Below are positions 33,457 through 48,100 of a stretch of DNA of 64,000 nucleotides, piece after piece (the stretch's first letter is position 1; the number at the start of each line of letters is the position of its first letter). The position numbers and the translations under genes are program-made. The notes under the pieces were generated by a model. The model had not been told where the DNA came from, searched no databases, and worked only from the letters and a program-made list of their open reading frames with translations. The DNA is taken from assembly GCF_009914755.1 (NCBI RefSeq), contig NC_060925.1. The stretch is one strand, 5' to 3'. Source of the stretch: the human T2T-CHM13v2.0 reference genome, Homo sapiens.

Positions 33457-33976
33457 CTATCATCTCAAAAATTGTCATGCAATTCCCTGGCTCCTTTCCT
33501 TTGCTCATGCTGCCATGCCTATCTAGAGCGCTCATCTGCTCCCTTTCTCTTTCCATATTCGACCTTCAAGATCCTGCTTAAATGCCACCTCCCATACTTA
33601 GTATTTCCTCATCTCTCCATCGAAAGCAATCTGCTCTACTCTTTTGGGTCTTGCCTGTGTCTGCTGTGGTTTTGTTTTATTGTCCTTTAAGGGCAGGGCA
33701 CATTTCTTATTCATCTTTGCATCCCCCATTTTGCCTAGGATTTAGTACTTAATTGTTTCCATTATATAACATTTTCTTGGTTTCTTCAGGTTCCTCATGA
33801 GGGAAAGTGTTTTTATACTTTAAGGCCGATTTCCTGGCCTAACCAATTTTACAAAAGGTCTTAGGTGAACTTAAATTAGGTGAAAATCCATTTAATAAAT
33901 TCCATTACTAACAGGAAATCAGAATATTGTATCCCAAGCTGAAGATGGCTTATTTTTAATTGAATACTAACTTTGA

Positions 33977-34197
33977 CAGCCTGGGCAACAAAGCACGACC
34001 CCACCTCTACAAAGATTTTTTCTTTTAATTAGCCGGGTGTGGTGGTATGCACCTGTGGTCACAGCTGCTTAGGAGACTGAGATGGGAGGATTGCTTAAGC
34101 CCAGGAGGTCAAGGCTGCAGTGAGCTGTGATTTTGCCACTGAATTCCGGCCTGGGCGACAGACGAAGACCCTGTCTCAAACAAAATAAAATAAAATA
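33977..34197 (+). mobile_element. 5'-truncated AluJ
   Basis: Partial left arm plus right arm. TSD taactttga. Confidence 0.88.
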
Positions 34198-34949
34198 ACT
34201 TTGAGACTAAGTTCTGCTTGGCACAATAATAAAAATATCTATTTATAAAACAAAATTGAACAAGTTATTGTTCCTCAGAAGAACCTTAACCAATTTACAG
34301 CAAGTTTTATCAGGAAGAAATTCATCCCAAACTGCAATACATATGCCAACTTCTGGCATAATGTGTTAGAATTGCTTCAATGTAATGTTTGTGTTCCACC
34401 ATATCTAATCTATACATATGAAATATAGCAGTATTATAGAGTGTATTTTTTCCAAAAGCTTTAAAGTAAAAAGTGCTTTTAATTAAACATTTATCTTAAT
34501 ATATTACCAAAAGTCACTTTATTTCAGAACAATTCGGCAATATTTTAAGTAGATCTTGACAAAAATGCACTAAATCTATTTTTTAAAATGTTTTATTACT
34601 TGCAAGTTTCAGCCTGATGTGATTTTAAAATAGCCAAGTTATAAGTCCCTGAAAATTGGAGTTTATAATGGAAATACTGACAGACCCTTAACTTTTAGGA
34701 GAGCGAGTGTGCTGTCATAATAACATTTGCTGTTGCTGCCTCAGTCAGTGTAGAAATATGACTAGGGTGCTAGATATGGTATTTCAAATATGAAGCTGGT
34801 TGAAAACTTGCTGAAATACTTTTCTATGTTTCTGAATTTTTAGAAAACTTGAATCTTGTTTTGGAAACTCCTTTTCTCTCCAGTTATTGCAATGAACAAG
34901 TATGAAGCCCTTTTCTTCTTTCTACAATATCTCAGTTGTCTCCTCTCAG

Positions 34950-35750
34950 TTGTCTCTTCCTCCTCCATGGCTGGTTTTCCCACAAAGCTTTTTTATCTCA
35001 ATATACAGCACCCTGACACCTACCTCTTTGTTCAAGCCAGAAAACTAGATGTCAGTCTTAATTCCTAACATTACTTCTTCCCCCACATCTAATCTGTTGT
35101 AAACACTGAGGGGTTTACTGCCAAAATATATTTTGAAACCAGTTAATCTTCTTTGTCATCACTACCATCACCTTCGTCTGTGTCACCATATCCTCTGATC
35201 AAGCCAATCACAATAGCTTCCTAGACTCCTTACTATCTTCCCAATGGACCTAAAATAAAATCCAGACTTCATATCATGAATCTACAAGATCTTACCCTCT
35301 CGGGCCTCATCTGCATTTCACCTCCCCCAAAATCTCATCCACTTCTCTGCCCTGCATAGGGCACTGAAGTCACACTGGCTTTCTGGTAGTGCCCAGAATA
35401 TGCCAAGCTCTCTGGGCTCTGTATGTTCTTCATTTAGAACACTTTTACCATATTAATCTTCGTCATTCTTTATGCCTAAGTTTAAATGTCATTTCCACAG
35501 AGATATAGCCCTAATCACTCAAGTGTACATGCCCCCTCCATGATTATGTTTTATCAAAATAGCCTCTTTAATTCATGTCATTTTACATAATGTGTAATTA
35601 TTTCATTTGTTTTTTTCTTTCCTTCAAAAATTTAAGCTTCATAAGACAGAAGCCATATTTTCTTTTTTTCTTTGCCATGTATTTCTTTTGTTTAGCAAAG
35701 TATTAAAAATATTGGCTGATTATAAGGATAATTGGATGAAACAATGAATA
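34950..35750 (+). mobile_element. L2 fragment
   Basis: caagccagaaaactagatgtcagtc, aaaataaaatccagac and tttaaatgtcatttccacagag match the L2 3' region. Confidence 0.6.
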
Positions 35751-37692
35751 ATAGCTAATATTTATTGAGCATTTTCTATGTGCCAAAAACCATCGTATGT
35801 GCTTTAGAGTGCACATATAGTGCATATTTAATCTTTGTAATAATCTAGAGATAGATAGTATGTAAAAATAATAGACTCCCCTCTTTAGCCCTAGGTAAGC
35901 ATTTTCCCCTAAGAACTGACATCACTTAACACCCTAGGGTCCCCAAAAGTAGCTGCTTTGCTCCAGCCAGAACAATTTTTATTTTCATTTTTCCCATCCT
36001 ATCCCAAACCATAAGCAGATGATATCCCAATATCTGAAAGCTCAGAACTGCCTAGCCTCAAATTCATCTCTGCCAGAACAAACAAGACAAACAATATCTG
36101 GTCCTGGGCTGAGATTCTCCACCACCATCTTGAGGGTTTAGGACTTGGGGTTGTGTGCCAGTAATGAAGAGTTCATGTGCTTTAATTCTGTTTTGCGCAT
36201 TGTAAACCTGTAGGAGTATCTTTCAATTCTGGTGCCCAAAGAAGAGAACCATAGTATTATCATGAAAAGGACATATGTCTCAATCTATTCCTTTTGGATG
36301 GAGTGAGAAGCATGAAATAGTTAACTTAGGAAAAAAATAATTTTACTGGGAAAGCATAATATGATTGTTAACATACAATCAATTAGGTTGCAGTTTTTCA
36401 GAAAACATTTTGATTATTTCGATTAGATTCACAGAAGTAAACTGTGGCTTGATTTAATCGAGGATATAACTTGATCCATGATTATTAGTAAAGTATCCCC
36501 TAAAGAATAGGAAGAATAATTTCTAGAAGTGGCTAATATCAACTACAGGTTGATTTTCTACTAATTTTGTTTTAATAGCCTAACATCTGATTGCATCTCT
36601 AAATTCTCAATTTTCTCTACTATGATTGCCTGTGCCCCATTAATAACAACATTAATATTTTGCTTCTGAATAATGCAAAGCTCTTTCACAGATTAAAAAA
36701 AATTATTCTTACAACTTTTCCTTTAGAGGAGACAAAGTTTACTAGTATTCCTGTTTTCCTGAAAAAGGGATTAAAACACAGACATTAAAAACACTGTCCC
36801 TAAATCTATCAGATTTATTTGACTTACAGTTTAATTCTTATACTATAAAATTTGTATGTGTAAACATGAATATGTAAACTAAATGGGACACTTAGGAGAG
36901 TATTAATAGGAGGTTCCAATTCCTGCTTTGTCTCCTGAACTTACTTCCTGTAAGACTCATTTCAAGTTAATCATCATGAATTAAAGATCTGTTATGTTTA
37001 AGGCATCTAGAATTTTGCACAAAGGCAAAAATATCAATTCATAATCATTTGAAATGAGACTTAACCCCAAAGTGTATTACGTTCATTCAGCAGGTCACCG
37101 TTTTTTACAATTAAAAATGACAGGTTGATGTCATTTTTAATGACATCATTTTTACAATTAAAAATGACATGTTGATGCCATTAGACTTAGCTTTTGCTGC
37201 TTTTGCTGTTGTTGCGGTTTTGCTAGTAATAACTGAACTTCTAATTCACTGATTTCAGGGCAACAAATGGAATTGTTCAAATTTTTTGTTCAATTCAAGC
37301 AAAACAAACAATTCAACTACGTGTTTCATATTTGACCCTAAACTGGGTAATCAGCAATCTTTACCATCCCAGTTGGGGACCCCCTTCTATACCACTTGAT
37401 ATTACTAGTTATATTTGGGTAGTTCAACTACATGGCAGTTAATTCAAGATTGATGTTTACTATTATTTGGGTATGTTTCTACTTACTTAACACATTTATT
37501 AGATGTACTAGGTACTCAATAAATATTGATTAATCTTATATTATTTAATTCTGACACTTTTCAATCACATCAGAATTGTTTGAAGGAAGAGTTTGGGTGT
37601 TCAAGCAGGCAATTAAGCTATTTAAGAATCTAACAAAGGTTGGAAGAGACGTTTCTGAACTAGAGAATTGAAAGAAAAAAAGAAAGAAACTT

Positions 37693-38395
37693 GTAAGAAT
37701 GGCCATAACATAAAAATAAAAAATTAATAGATGTTGGCATGGATGCAGTGAAAAGGGAACACTTTTCCACTGTTGGTGGAAATGTAAACTAGTACAACCA
37801 CTATGGAAAACAGTGCGGAGATTCCTTAAAGACCTAAAAGTAGATATGCAGTTCGATCCAGCAATCCCATTACTAAGTATCTACCCAGAGGAAAAGAAGT
37901 CATTATACAAAAAAGATACTTGCACATGCATATTTATGGCAGCACAATTTGCAATTGCAAAAATGTGGAACCAGCCCAAATGTCCATCAATCAACAAGTG
38001 GATAAAAAAAATGTGATACACACGCACACCATGGAATACTACTCAGCCATTAAAAGGAATGAAATAATGGCATTCACAGCAACCTGGATGGAATTGGAGA
38101 GCATTATTCTAAGTGAAGTAACTCAGGAATGGAAAATGAAACATCATATGTTCTCACTCACATGTGGAAACTAACCTATGAGGACACAAAGGCATAAGAA
38201 TGATACATTGGACTTTGGGGGCTCAGGAAAGGGTGGGAGCTGGCGAGGGATAACAGACTACACATTGGGTACAGTGTACACTGCTCGGGTGATGGGTGCA
38301 CCAAAATCCCAGAAATCACCACTAAAGAATTTATTTATGTAACCAAATACCACCTGTTACCCCAAAACCTATTGAAATAAAAAAAAATTTAAAAA
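37693..38395 (+). mobile_element. 5'-truncated L1PB (PB1-like) 3' end
   Basis: ORF2 C-terminal peptides (FDPAIPLLSIYPEEKKS; MEYYSAIKRNE) and the L1PB 3'UTR. TSD aagaaagaaact. Confidence 0.9.
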
Positions 38396-39659
38396 GAAAG
38401 AAAGAAACTCGTGGCTTTGAGAGAAAGTAGTTGAATTATAACACTTCTTGCAGTATCAGACAGGGTTGTGTATTTGGTGAAAAATAGGCCTACAAGGCAA
38501 CCTCTGCTGCCAAAAGTGGTGCTTCCAGAAGTCTAAAGTGTCAAGATTATTGGTTTAGTAACCAGGACAATGAAGCTAGTAACATTGGAGAGGAAAGATG
38601 ACAATCCAAAGGGGACAGACCAGACAGCCACTCTCTTGGTCACACCAGTGATTCAGTGCATTCAGTAGATTCCCAGGAAAGATCTGAGACTCAGCCAAGG
38701 CACAAATACAGCCCAAGGAGAAAATAATATAGTATCAAAGTATAGGTTTTGCATGCCAAGGTTGTCCAGGTATTCTGAATCTACATAATAATGAATGAAT
38801 AATTTTTAATGGAAATATCTTGATTATTTTTAGTTATTTATGTACCAAGCATAAAGCTGCATGCTTAGGGATAAAAATAAAACTGAATAAAACAGTCTCT
38901 GCCTTGCTGGACAACAAGTACTTCTTTGAAAAGGGATCTGTGGGAGCACATCTCTGGGTCTTCCACAAATCCTGTGTCTTGATGTCACTTCATTAGAAAG
39001 ATCTTCCCAGACTACTTTATTAAAATAACTCCTTACCCTTTCACCTGATAGCATATTGTGTATAATAGGTGCCACAATAGAACATGAGCACCATGACACC
39101 AAGGACTTTGGTTTACCAAAAATGCCTATATATAAAAATAAATATTTGTTGAATGAATGCATGAAAGAATAAAGAATTAATCTTGTTATTGTTTTTGAGC
39201 TATTGCAATCAACTTTGGAAGGAAGATTCTTATATTTATTTTTGTCTATTTGCCTAATTTTCTTAAGACAAATTCTTAGAAATTGAATTGTTAGGTATGT
39301 ATATTTTTAAGGAATTTTGATAGACTGCCCAGTTATTATTCTGAAAGGAAATTCAAATTCACATTCTTCTACTGTGGGAGAGCACTTTTTTTCTGTAATT
39401 TTCCAAAAAAGGACATTATCATCAATTTTTAAATTTGTACTATTAAATAGTTTTATGGGTGGTACAAAATATTGCAGTGGTGTTTTATTTTGAGTTTGTT
39501 TGATTACTAAATGGATTATAGTTAGGTTATTTTCATACTAATTATTGATAGTTCTTTTGTGAATTGTTACTACAGTTGACTTATCTTATTCTAATTAGTT
39601 TTTACTTTCTTTCATTGACTTCTAAAAGCTATTTGTATATTAGAAATATTAATCCTTAG

Positions 39660-40113
39660 CAAAGTCATGGAATATTCGAACGTAAGTGTCCATCAGTGGA
39701 TGATTGGATAAAAACAATATGGTACGTGTATACCATCGAATACTACTTAGCCATAAAAACAAATGAAATCATGTATTTTGCAGCAACCTGGAAGGAATTG
39801 GAGACCATTATTCTGAGTGAAATGACTCGAAAACAGAAGGTCAAAACCCATATGTTCTCATTTGTAAGTGGGAGCTAAACAATGAGTACACTTGAACATA
39901 CAAAGTAGAATAATAGACATTGGAGACTACAAAAGGTGGAAGGGTGAGGCGGGGGTGAGGGTCGAAAAATTACCTATTGGGTACAATGTTCACTATTTGG
40001 TTTGATGGGTACACCAAAAGCCCAGACTTCACCACTACATGATGTTTCCATGTAAAGAAACTGCACTTGTACCCTTAAATCTATAAAAACAAAACATAAA
40101 TAAAATTTAGAAA
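39660..40113 (+). mobile_element. L1 3' end (L1MA/L1PB-like) inserted in an older minus-strand L1M
   Basis: DDWIKTIWYVYTIEYY peptide. Long TSD tagaaatattaatccttag (39641-39659) vs tagaaatatcagtccttag (40114-40132). Confidence 0.85.
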
Positions 40114-40266
40114 TAGAAATATCAGTCCTTAGTCACATATGTTGAGAAATATTTTTAACCACTTTTGTTATTTGTTGTTCAGCCTTTTTCATTATGGGAG
40201 TTTGGCAGTAAAACTTCAAACTTTTGTGTCATCAAAACAACAAAATTGTCCTTGGAGGTTTGTTCC

Positions 40267-40668
40267 TGTGGTGGATTAAAAATTGCCAAGAATCCTTTGC
40301 AGCTTATTTCATGGAGAGACAGAGTTTACTTTCCCACTTACTGTAACTGGCAAACACGGTGACTGGCTATGAATGAGGCAGAAGTGACTTTGCGTAACTT
40401 TTGAGCTAGGCCTCAAATTCCTTGCAGTTTCTGCTTTTGCCTCTTTGAAACTCTGGGGTGACTAGCCTCTGAGGAAGCCCAGGTTAACCTCGTTAAAGAT
40501 GAAAAACCAGGCATTCCATTTGCCCTAGCTGAGCCCAGCCACCTTCTGACCTGATTGCAGCCACATGAGTCAACCCAGTCAAAAGAACCAAAAAGTAATT
40601 AGAAAAAATGAATCATTGTTTAATCCACTAAGAATGGTTTGTCGTGCAGCAATAGATATTTAATACGA
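40267..40668 (+). mobile_element. MLT1 (G/H-like) LTR
   Basis: tgtggtggattaaaaattgcc ... tggtttgtcgtgcagcaatagata. Confidence 0.6.
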
Positions 40669-42245
40669 TGACTTTGGTTTACACTCAGATACTTCTTTCT
40701 CAACTTATCATTATAGAAATGTATACCTAAATTTTATTTTGGTATATGTATATTTTTAAAAATTTATATCTTAAGTGGTCATTATTTTTGTTGTGATATG
40801 TGAGGTAGGATTTCAACATAATTTTATTTTCCAAATGGCCATACAATGTCCCCAAATCATACTGAAAAACGTATATTTATTTTACTCACTGTAATTCTAT
40901 CTCTATCACACCAAGATTCCCATAATTGGGACTTTTTTTTTTGGTAACACTTAAAACTTTCCCATTCTTTTATTTATTCCTGATCAAGCATCACACTTTT
41001 AATAAATGCAGCTTTGTAATATGTTTTAACAAATTAGATAGTTGTTAGAGTTCGTTGAGACTAATTGTAAGGCCTTTGTTTCCTTTTTATTCTACTACAG
41101 AGTTTTCAGATTAATGCTCCCTATACTTTATTTGGCTCAACCATGGCAGTTCTTAAATACTTTCTATTAAAATTCAAATAGTTTTAAATTCAAAATTTAA
41201 GAATCAGAAGATTTTATTTAAAAATAGAGAATATTTACTTCTCTTAAAAGTTTGGATGATCTGGCAATACTGCCCTAGAATTCCTCATGACGGCAATTGG
41301 GTACAACTGACTAGCAGGCATTTCTATCTCCAGAACAAATGTCTTTTATAAACCATAGACCATATTTCCAACTGTTTACTGACATTTCCTTGTCCATAGA
41401 AATAACTTTTCTGGTTTTTGCTGTTGCTAAGGAAAAGTCTGAGAACAATCTATTTTTTCACTCTTCTTCAAGTAACCTGCTTCATTTCCTTGAATTTTTG
41501 GAGGAATTTTTCTTTATAGCACATACACATTGAACATTAAATTCCATGACAGTCAACTCTTTATGAAAAGATTTCTTCAACATTCTCTAATTCAGTCTCT
41601 ACCTCCGTATCTGTTTCCAAAATGGGAAATGTTACTGGAGACTTTCCAGACTTACACCACTTGTTCCCTAAATCACTGAATCACTGCTTTTAGAAAGATT
41701 ATTTAATGTCAAATTATAGTGTTGACTTTCAATTTTTTTTTCAGTTTATACTGTTCCTAAAAGATACTCCATAAAGTTTGTGGTATAAGTTTGAAAGTAC
41801 TTTCTAGTTTCAATTTTCTTGCCTATTTTGTTTATTTTGGTACATTTTTAGTGAGGGCTAGGTTATAAGTCTTCTCTTATTCCTACATCTTTCCTGGAAA
41901 TGGCCTCAATGTTTGATGTGCATGTTAGATAATATGTGTGGTTCATTAAGCTTCTTAATATAACTTCATTATAAAAGAGCTTGCTTTTCTTCTTTCAGAT
42001 ATTTTCTTTTCAAAGATAGGATATACACTAGCTGTCAGCATTCAATAAATCTAATTACATAGGGAAATTTATGAACAGTTTATTGATGGAGTTGCTACGT
42101 GAATACTTGGCTGGTGTTCATGGTTATTAGGCTTAGATATGTTGTCACTTTCCTTCTCGCTTAACCTACAGGTCAGGAAATAAGGTACTTTTAATCTTGT
42201 ATTTACTCTGAACATTCTAAGAACTCTCACTTAAAAGAATGTTTT

Positions 42246-42538
42246 AGACTGAGCATAATGGCTCACACCTGTAATCCCAGCAATTTGGGAGACCAAGGAG
42301 GGAGGATTGCTTGAGGCCAGGAGTTCGAGAACAGCTGGGGCAACATAGCAAGATCCTGTCTCTACAAAAAAATTTAAAAATAGCCTGGCATGATGGCACA
42401 TGTAGTCCCAGATACTCAGAAGGCTGAGGCAGGAGGACCGCTTGAGTCCAGGAAGTTGAGGCTGCAGTGAGGTGTGATCACACCACAGCACTCCAGCCTG
42501 GGTGTCAGAGTGAGAACTTGTCTCTAAAAAAAAAAAAA
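42246..42538 (+). mobile_element. AluJ
   Basis: Diverged Alu dimer with an A tail. Confidence 0.9.
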
Positions 42539-42985
42539 TTTATTTTTTATATAGGTCGAATGGCTTTTCTAAGGTAATTGTAAGGTAATTTTTCAAAGTA
42601 ATCATATTTATAAACGTATGTTTTTGGCATATTTATGTTATTAGAAAAGAAGATCCATCCTCTGGTGAGCCGTCTGTTTGTTTACCCTTAATGTGAACTG
42701 ACTGGAACCATAGCTATTTTAAACCAGCATTATCATAACACATTACAGGAACTGCATATGCTGAAAAAAAAACTGGCCAGTAAGACATATTGATGAATAG
42801 TTATTGACAGCTTTTCTTCAGGCATGCATTTGCAGAAACATTGAGTTCATATTTTTGCAACAAGCATCTTATCACAAGTCTGCATAGATCAGAATATGCA
42901 TATAGTCTAAGCTCAGAAACAGACATGAACTGAATATTCAAGTGTTGCTCTAGTGTTCACAGATGCATCTGAAAAGTTAGATCCG

Positions 42986-43291
42986 TTTTTTTTCTTTTCT
43001 TTTTTTTTTTTTTTTTGAGACAGGGCCCCACTCTGTCAGACAGGATAAAGTACAGTGGGGCACCATCACAGCTCACAGCAGCCTCAATATCCTAGGCTTG
43101 AATGATCTTCCCACCTCAGCAGCTGGGACTACAGGGGCATGTCACCATGCCCAGGTAATTTTTTTTATTTTTTGTAGAGATACGATTTTACCATGTTGCC
43201 CAGGCTGCTTTCAAACTCCTGGGCTCAAGTGATCCTCCTGCCTCAGCCTCCCGAAGTGCTGGGATTACAAGCATGAGCTACCACTCCCAGC
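42986..43291 (-). mobile_element. AluJ
   Basis: Poly(T) head and diverged dimer, flanked by tagatcc on both sides. Confidence 0.9.
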
Positions 43292-44914
43292 TAGATCCAG
43301 CTAGATCCATACTTTGATACAAATACATAGAAAGAGGGGAATGCATAATTGTGTGGAAAGCCTTTGCTTGGTGTACTGTAATATTATTCATTGAAATGCA
43401 TATTTTACATAACAGTTTTTTAATTGAGAAATTAACAATTCTTTTCTCTTGGAAATATTTAGTACATATTCCCTTTTTTTAGGTCTTTATTTTTTTTCAG
43501 TCTGGGGAGTGAATAATTTTACAGATATAGAATGTTTGCTAACCACATAACACTTTGCACTTAACAGAAATGCCGTGAAATGTCCTGAATTTATTTCATC
43601 GTTCTGCACTCAGGGTTACCCCATGCCAAAACTTGGCACTGCAGGATTTTAATCGTTAACTTGTCCTTTACATAATATAACTATCCCCTAGTTGACTAAA
43701 ATAATCTTCTAGTTGCTACCAATAAAATCACTACTGGTTCAGGTTTACTCGCCATTTTTTTTCCAAAATAACCACCATTTAAAAGAAATTCCTGTTTGTG
43801 CTTATGCCACTCTTTATTCTGGAAAAGTGTTCATTCCTCTTTCAAGCTTTACTTTAAAATATTCCTCTTTCCAAAAAAAAATCCTGAAATGATTCTGTGT
43901 AAAATGGTTCCAACTGAGGACCTCTTTCTCTGGGCTGCAGGTGTTCTGTGGCATTGTGTATGTGTGTAATGGTGTGCACAGAGGGTAGCAGGACAAAACA
44001 GAGATTTGTATCATGAATGACCATTACTCTTGCTGGGCATTCAGAGTGAAAGTAGATGTGGATATGTCATAAAAGAAATATTTTCTTTAGGACTTCAGGA
44101 GATTCAACAAAAACAGTTCTTGAGTCTTAGCCATGATGATCTTGCTTGATTGAAAGCAACACCCAGCCCCTGGGAGGTACTTCTGTGTCTTATCTATTGG
44201 TTTTTCATTGTGTCCACTCATTAAGTTATTCCTTCTCTTCTCACTTGAAAATTTTACTGGAATCAGTTAATAAACATTAGGAACCTCATTGGCTGACTAC
44301 TCCATCTCCAAAAACACAAATTTTTTGTCATCTCCAAAGTTCTTCCTACAATTTGTGCCCCACGTATACTGCACCCATCACCAGAGTCACTACTCAAAAA
44401 ATGTAATCTCTTCTCTTTAATAAGATACATTAATGGGCCACTAAAACAAGACCTTAAATAATCAGAAATAGAAATACAGGCTTATCTGAAATAGTCCCAG
44501 GATAGCAAAGAAAAGGAGGAAAAAAAAAAGTGTTAACTTTCCAAGCTAAAAGTTTGAATGTTTATACTCTGCTACAATGTCTGTGTGGGGAAATCAAGAG
44601 ATTTAATAAATGACATTTTCTCTGGAAGGCTCACAAACAAACCTTTCTTCTCAAATGGTTTCACAGGATGCTCCCTGCATTACTTTGCTTTTATCTGCTT
44701 TCTCTGTGTCCTCTCTAGTAGAAGCAGCTTATCTTCCCATCTCCATCTATGATGTGGCCAGAATGTGAGATTCTGACAGGGCTGCCTGTTGTAAGCTTTG
44801 CATGAGACAGTTTCTTTGAGTTTGGGACGGAGGAAAAGGATAGCATCTCTGTGTACAGTGATGAAGGAGAGAGGTGCAGTTTGTTTGCAATGCCTCCTGG
44901 GCTTATCTGGCATT

Positions 44915-45036
44915 ACAAAAGAAAGAGAGATAGACGGAGAGAAAAAAGGAATGAAGAAGAATGGAAAGGAAGGAAGGAAAGAAGGAAGGAAGGAAGGAAA
45001 GAAGGGAGGAAGGGAGGGAACAAAAGAAAGAAAAAA
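44915..45036. repeat. GA-rich/(GGAA)n simple repeat
   Basis: Seen directly. Confidence 0.9.
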
Positions 45037-45172
45037 ATGCTATGTATTTCAGGTCGAAGCATTCCATTCCTTTTATAATATAGCGGGAGATCTTTATGCA
45101 ATCCTACAACTTCAACCACCGCCACTACTTTGATCCTTCCCAAATCTCCATTTCCAGCCTTTTGATAACTGT

Positions 45173-48100
45173 ATGAGATATTACCATGCTTGCAGTCTAA
45201 CAGGTTAGATTGCCACATGTTCATGGATGCTGGCAGAAGACTCAAGGCACTTGGGTCAGAGACAAAGACCTTTCTTACTCATAGCACAGCAAACTGAGTA
45301 AGCCTCACATTCACGCCAGTTATCTTTTTCCATACAGGCCCATGAGGGTACTGTAGATGTAGAGAGGCCAGTTTGATGCAGTGGGTTTGCACCGAAACTG
45401 AGAAAATCTGAGCTTAGGATACCCCCAAATTTTAAAATGGACTGCAAGAAAACCTGTCCAACCTGTGCTCCAGAGGAAGACATTATCTCCTAGCCCCAAA
45501 TTTAGTGGCAAAATGCCTGTAATGAAAATGTATAATCTCAACCATTTTTAAGTGCACAGTTCTGTAGAATTCAATACATTCATAAAGTTGTTTAATTAAC
45601 ACCAGTATCCATCTCCATAACTCTTTCATCTTGCAAAAATGGAAACTCAATGCTCATCAAGCAATAATTTCTCATTCTCCTGTACTCCCAGCCCCTGGCA
45701 ACCACCATTCTATTTTCAGTCTTTATGATTTTGAGGTACTCTTAATATCTCCTATAAGTGGGACTCTACAGTATTTATCGTTTTTTACTGGATTATTTCA
45801 CTTAGCATAATGTCCTCAAAGTTCATCCATATTGTAGCATACATCAGAATTTCCTTCCTTTTTAAGGAGAATAATATTACATTTTACGTATATATCACAT
45901 TTTGCTTATCCATTCATTCATTAATGGGCACTCATTTTGCTTCCATGTTTTAGGTATTGTGAATAGTGCTGCTACCAATGTGGGTGTACAAATATGGCTT
46001 TAAGCTCCTGCTTTCAACTCTTTTGGGTCTATATCTAGAATTGGAATTACTTGATCATATGGTGTCTGTTTTTATTTTTTTTTAGAAGCCTCCATACGGT
46101 TTTCCACAAGGGCTGTTTCATTGTATATTTCCATTAACAGGGTGCAAGGGTTCCAATCTCTCCATGTCCTCATCAACACTTGCTATTTTCTGTATTTGTT
46201 GTTTGTTTATTGTGTTTATTTTTTTAGTAAGTGCTGTCCTAATGGGTATGAGATGCTATCACATTATAGTTTTGATTTGTGTTTCTCTAATGATTTGCAA
46301 TGTGGAGCATCTTTTCATGTGTTTATTGGTAAATTGTACATCTTCTTTGGAGAAATGTCTACTCCAGTCTTTTGTGCATGTGAATCAGGTTATTTGGTTT
46401 TTAGTTGTTGAGTATTAGGAGTTCTCTATGATCTGGATACTAGTCCCTTATCAGGTATATACTTTGCAAATATTTTTTCCCATTCTGTGGGTGGCCTTTT
46501 ACTTTGTTGGATATTATCATTTGATGCACAAAATGTTTTAATTTCTATGAAGTCCAATTTGCCTATGTTTTCTTTTGTTGTCTGTGCCTTTGGTGCAATA
46601 TCTAAGAAATTATTGTCAAATCTAATATGTGGAGCTTTTGGTAAGTTTTCTCCTAAGATTTTAAGTTTGAGTTCTTACATGTAAATATCTTATATATTTT
46701 GAGCTAATTTTTTATATCATTTTAGGTAAGTGTCTGATATCATTCTTTTGTAAGAGTTGTCCAGTTTTCCCAGCACCATTTGTTGAAAAGACTGTTCTTT
46801 CCCCCATTGAATGTTCTCGGCACCCTTGCCAGAAATTATGTGACTATATAGGCAATGGTATATTTCTGGGCTCTCTGTTCTTTTAGATTGGTCTATATGT
46901 TACTGGGTTGTTGTTTTTTTATGCCACTATCACATTGTTTTGATTACTGTGGCTTTGTGGTAAGTTTTGACATCAGGAAATATTAGTACTCCAGTCTTGT
47001 TCTTCTCTTTCAAAATTATTTTAGTTAATCAGGGTCCCATAACACTCCACATAAATTTTAGGGTGGGTTTTCTAGTTCTACAAAAAAGTGTCCTTGAGGT
47101 TTTGATGGAAATTGCATTTGTAATTCTCTTTTGGTAGTACTGACATCTTAAAAATATTAAGTTTTTCAATCTATAAACATGGGATATCCTTCCATTTATG
47201 TCTTCTTTATTTCAGCAATGCTAGCTTTCATTGTACACATCTTTTACATCTTTGGTTAAATTAATTCCTAGGTATTTTATTCATTTTGCCTCTATTGTAA
47301 ATGGAATTGTTTTAATAATTCCCTTTTCAGATTACTTATGTTAGTATATTTAAATGCAATTAACTTTTGTGGGTTGACGTTCTATCCTGCTACTTTGCTG
47401 AATTCATTTATTAATCCTAGCAGTATTTTGTGGGTGTATGTATGGAATCTTTAGGGTTTTCCACATATAATATCATATCACTGTAAGAACAGAGAAAATT
47501 TTACTTTTTTCTTTCCAATTTGAATGCCTTTTATTTCTTTTTCTTGCCTACTTGCTCTGGCTAGTACTCTATTTAATAGAAAGGACAAAAGTGGGCATCT
47601 TTGATCCTGAACTTAGAGGAAATGCATTCAGCCTTTCACCATTGAGTTTATAATGTCCACCGTGAGTTTTTCATATATGGCTTTTATTATGTTAAGGTAG
47701 TTTCCTTCTAGTCCTTATCTGTTGAGTGTGTTCACTGAGAGTGTTGAATTTTTTCAAATGCTTTTTTCTGTATCAATTGAGGTGATTATGTGTTGTTTTT
47801 TCTTCAATATGTTAACGTGGTGTAATACATTGACTTTTGCATGTGGAACCATCCTTGCATTGTAGGAATAAACCCCACTTTGTTGTGATGTACTATCATT
47901 TTAATATGCTGTTGAATTAAGTTTGCTAATATTTCATTGAGTGTTTTTGCATCAGTGCTCATAAGGAATATTGGTCTATAGTTTTATTTTTTTGTAGTGT
48001 CTTTGGTGTTGGAATCAAGATAATGCTGGCATCATAGAATGAGTTAGGAAGTATTCCTCTTCAACTTGTTTGAAAAGTTTGGGAATAATCGGTATTAGTT

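Noticed and set aside
42246-43291. Inverted AluJ pair ~450 bp apart (possible dsRNA/ADAR substrate)
   Set aside because: Both copies are old and diverged, and nothing in the sequence shows the region is transcribed.
44965-45015. GGAA repeats as a potential EWS-FLI1 enhancer
   Set aside because: The runs are short and interrupted, with at most about 4 consecutive units.
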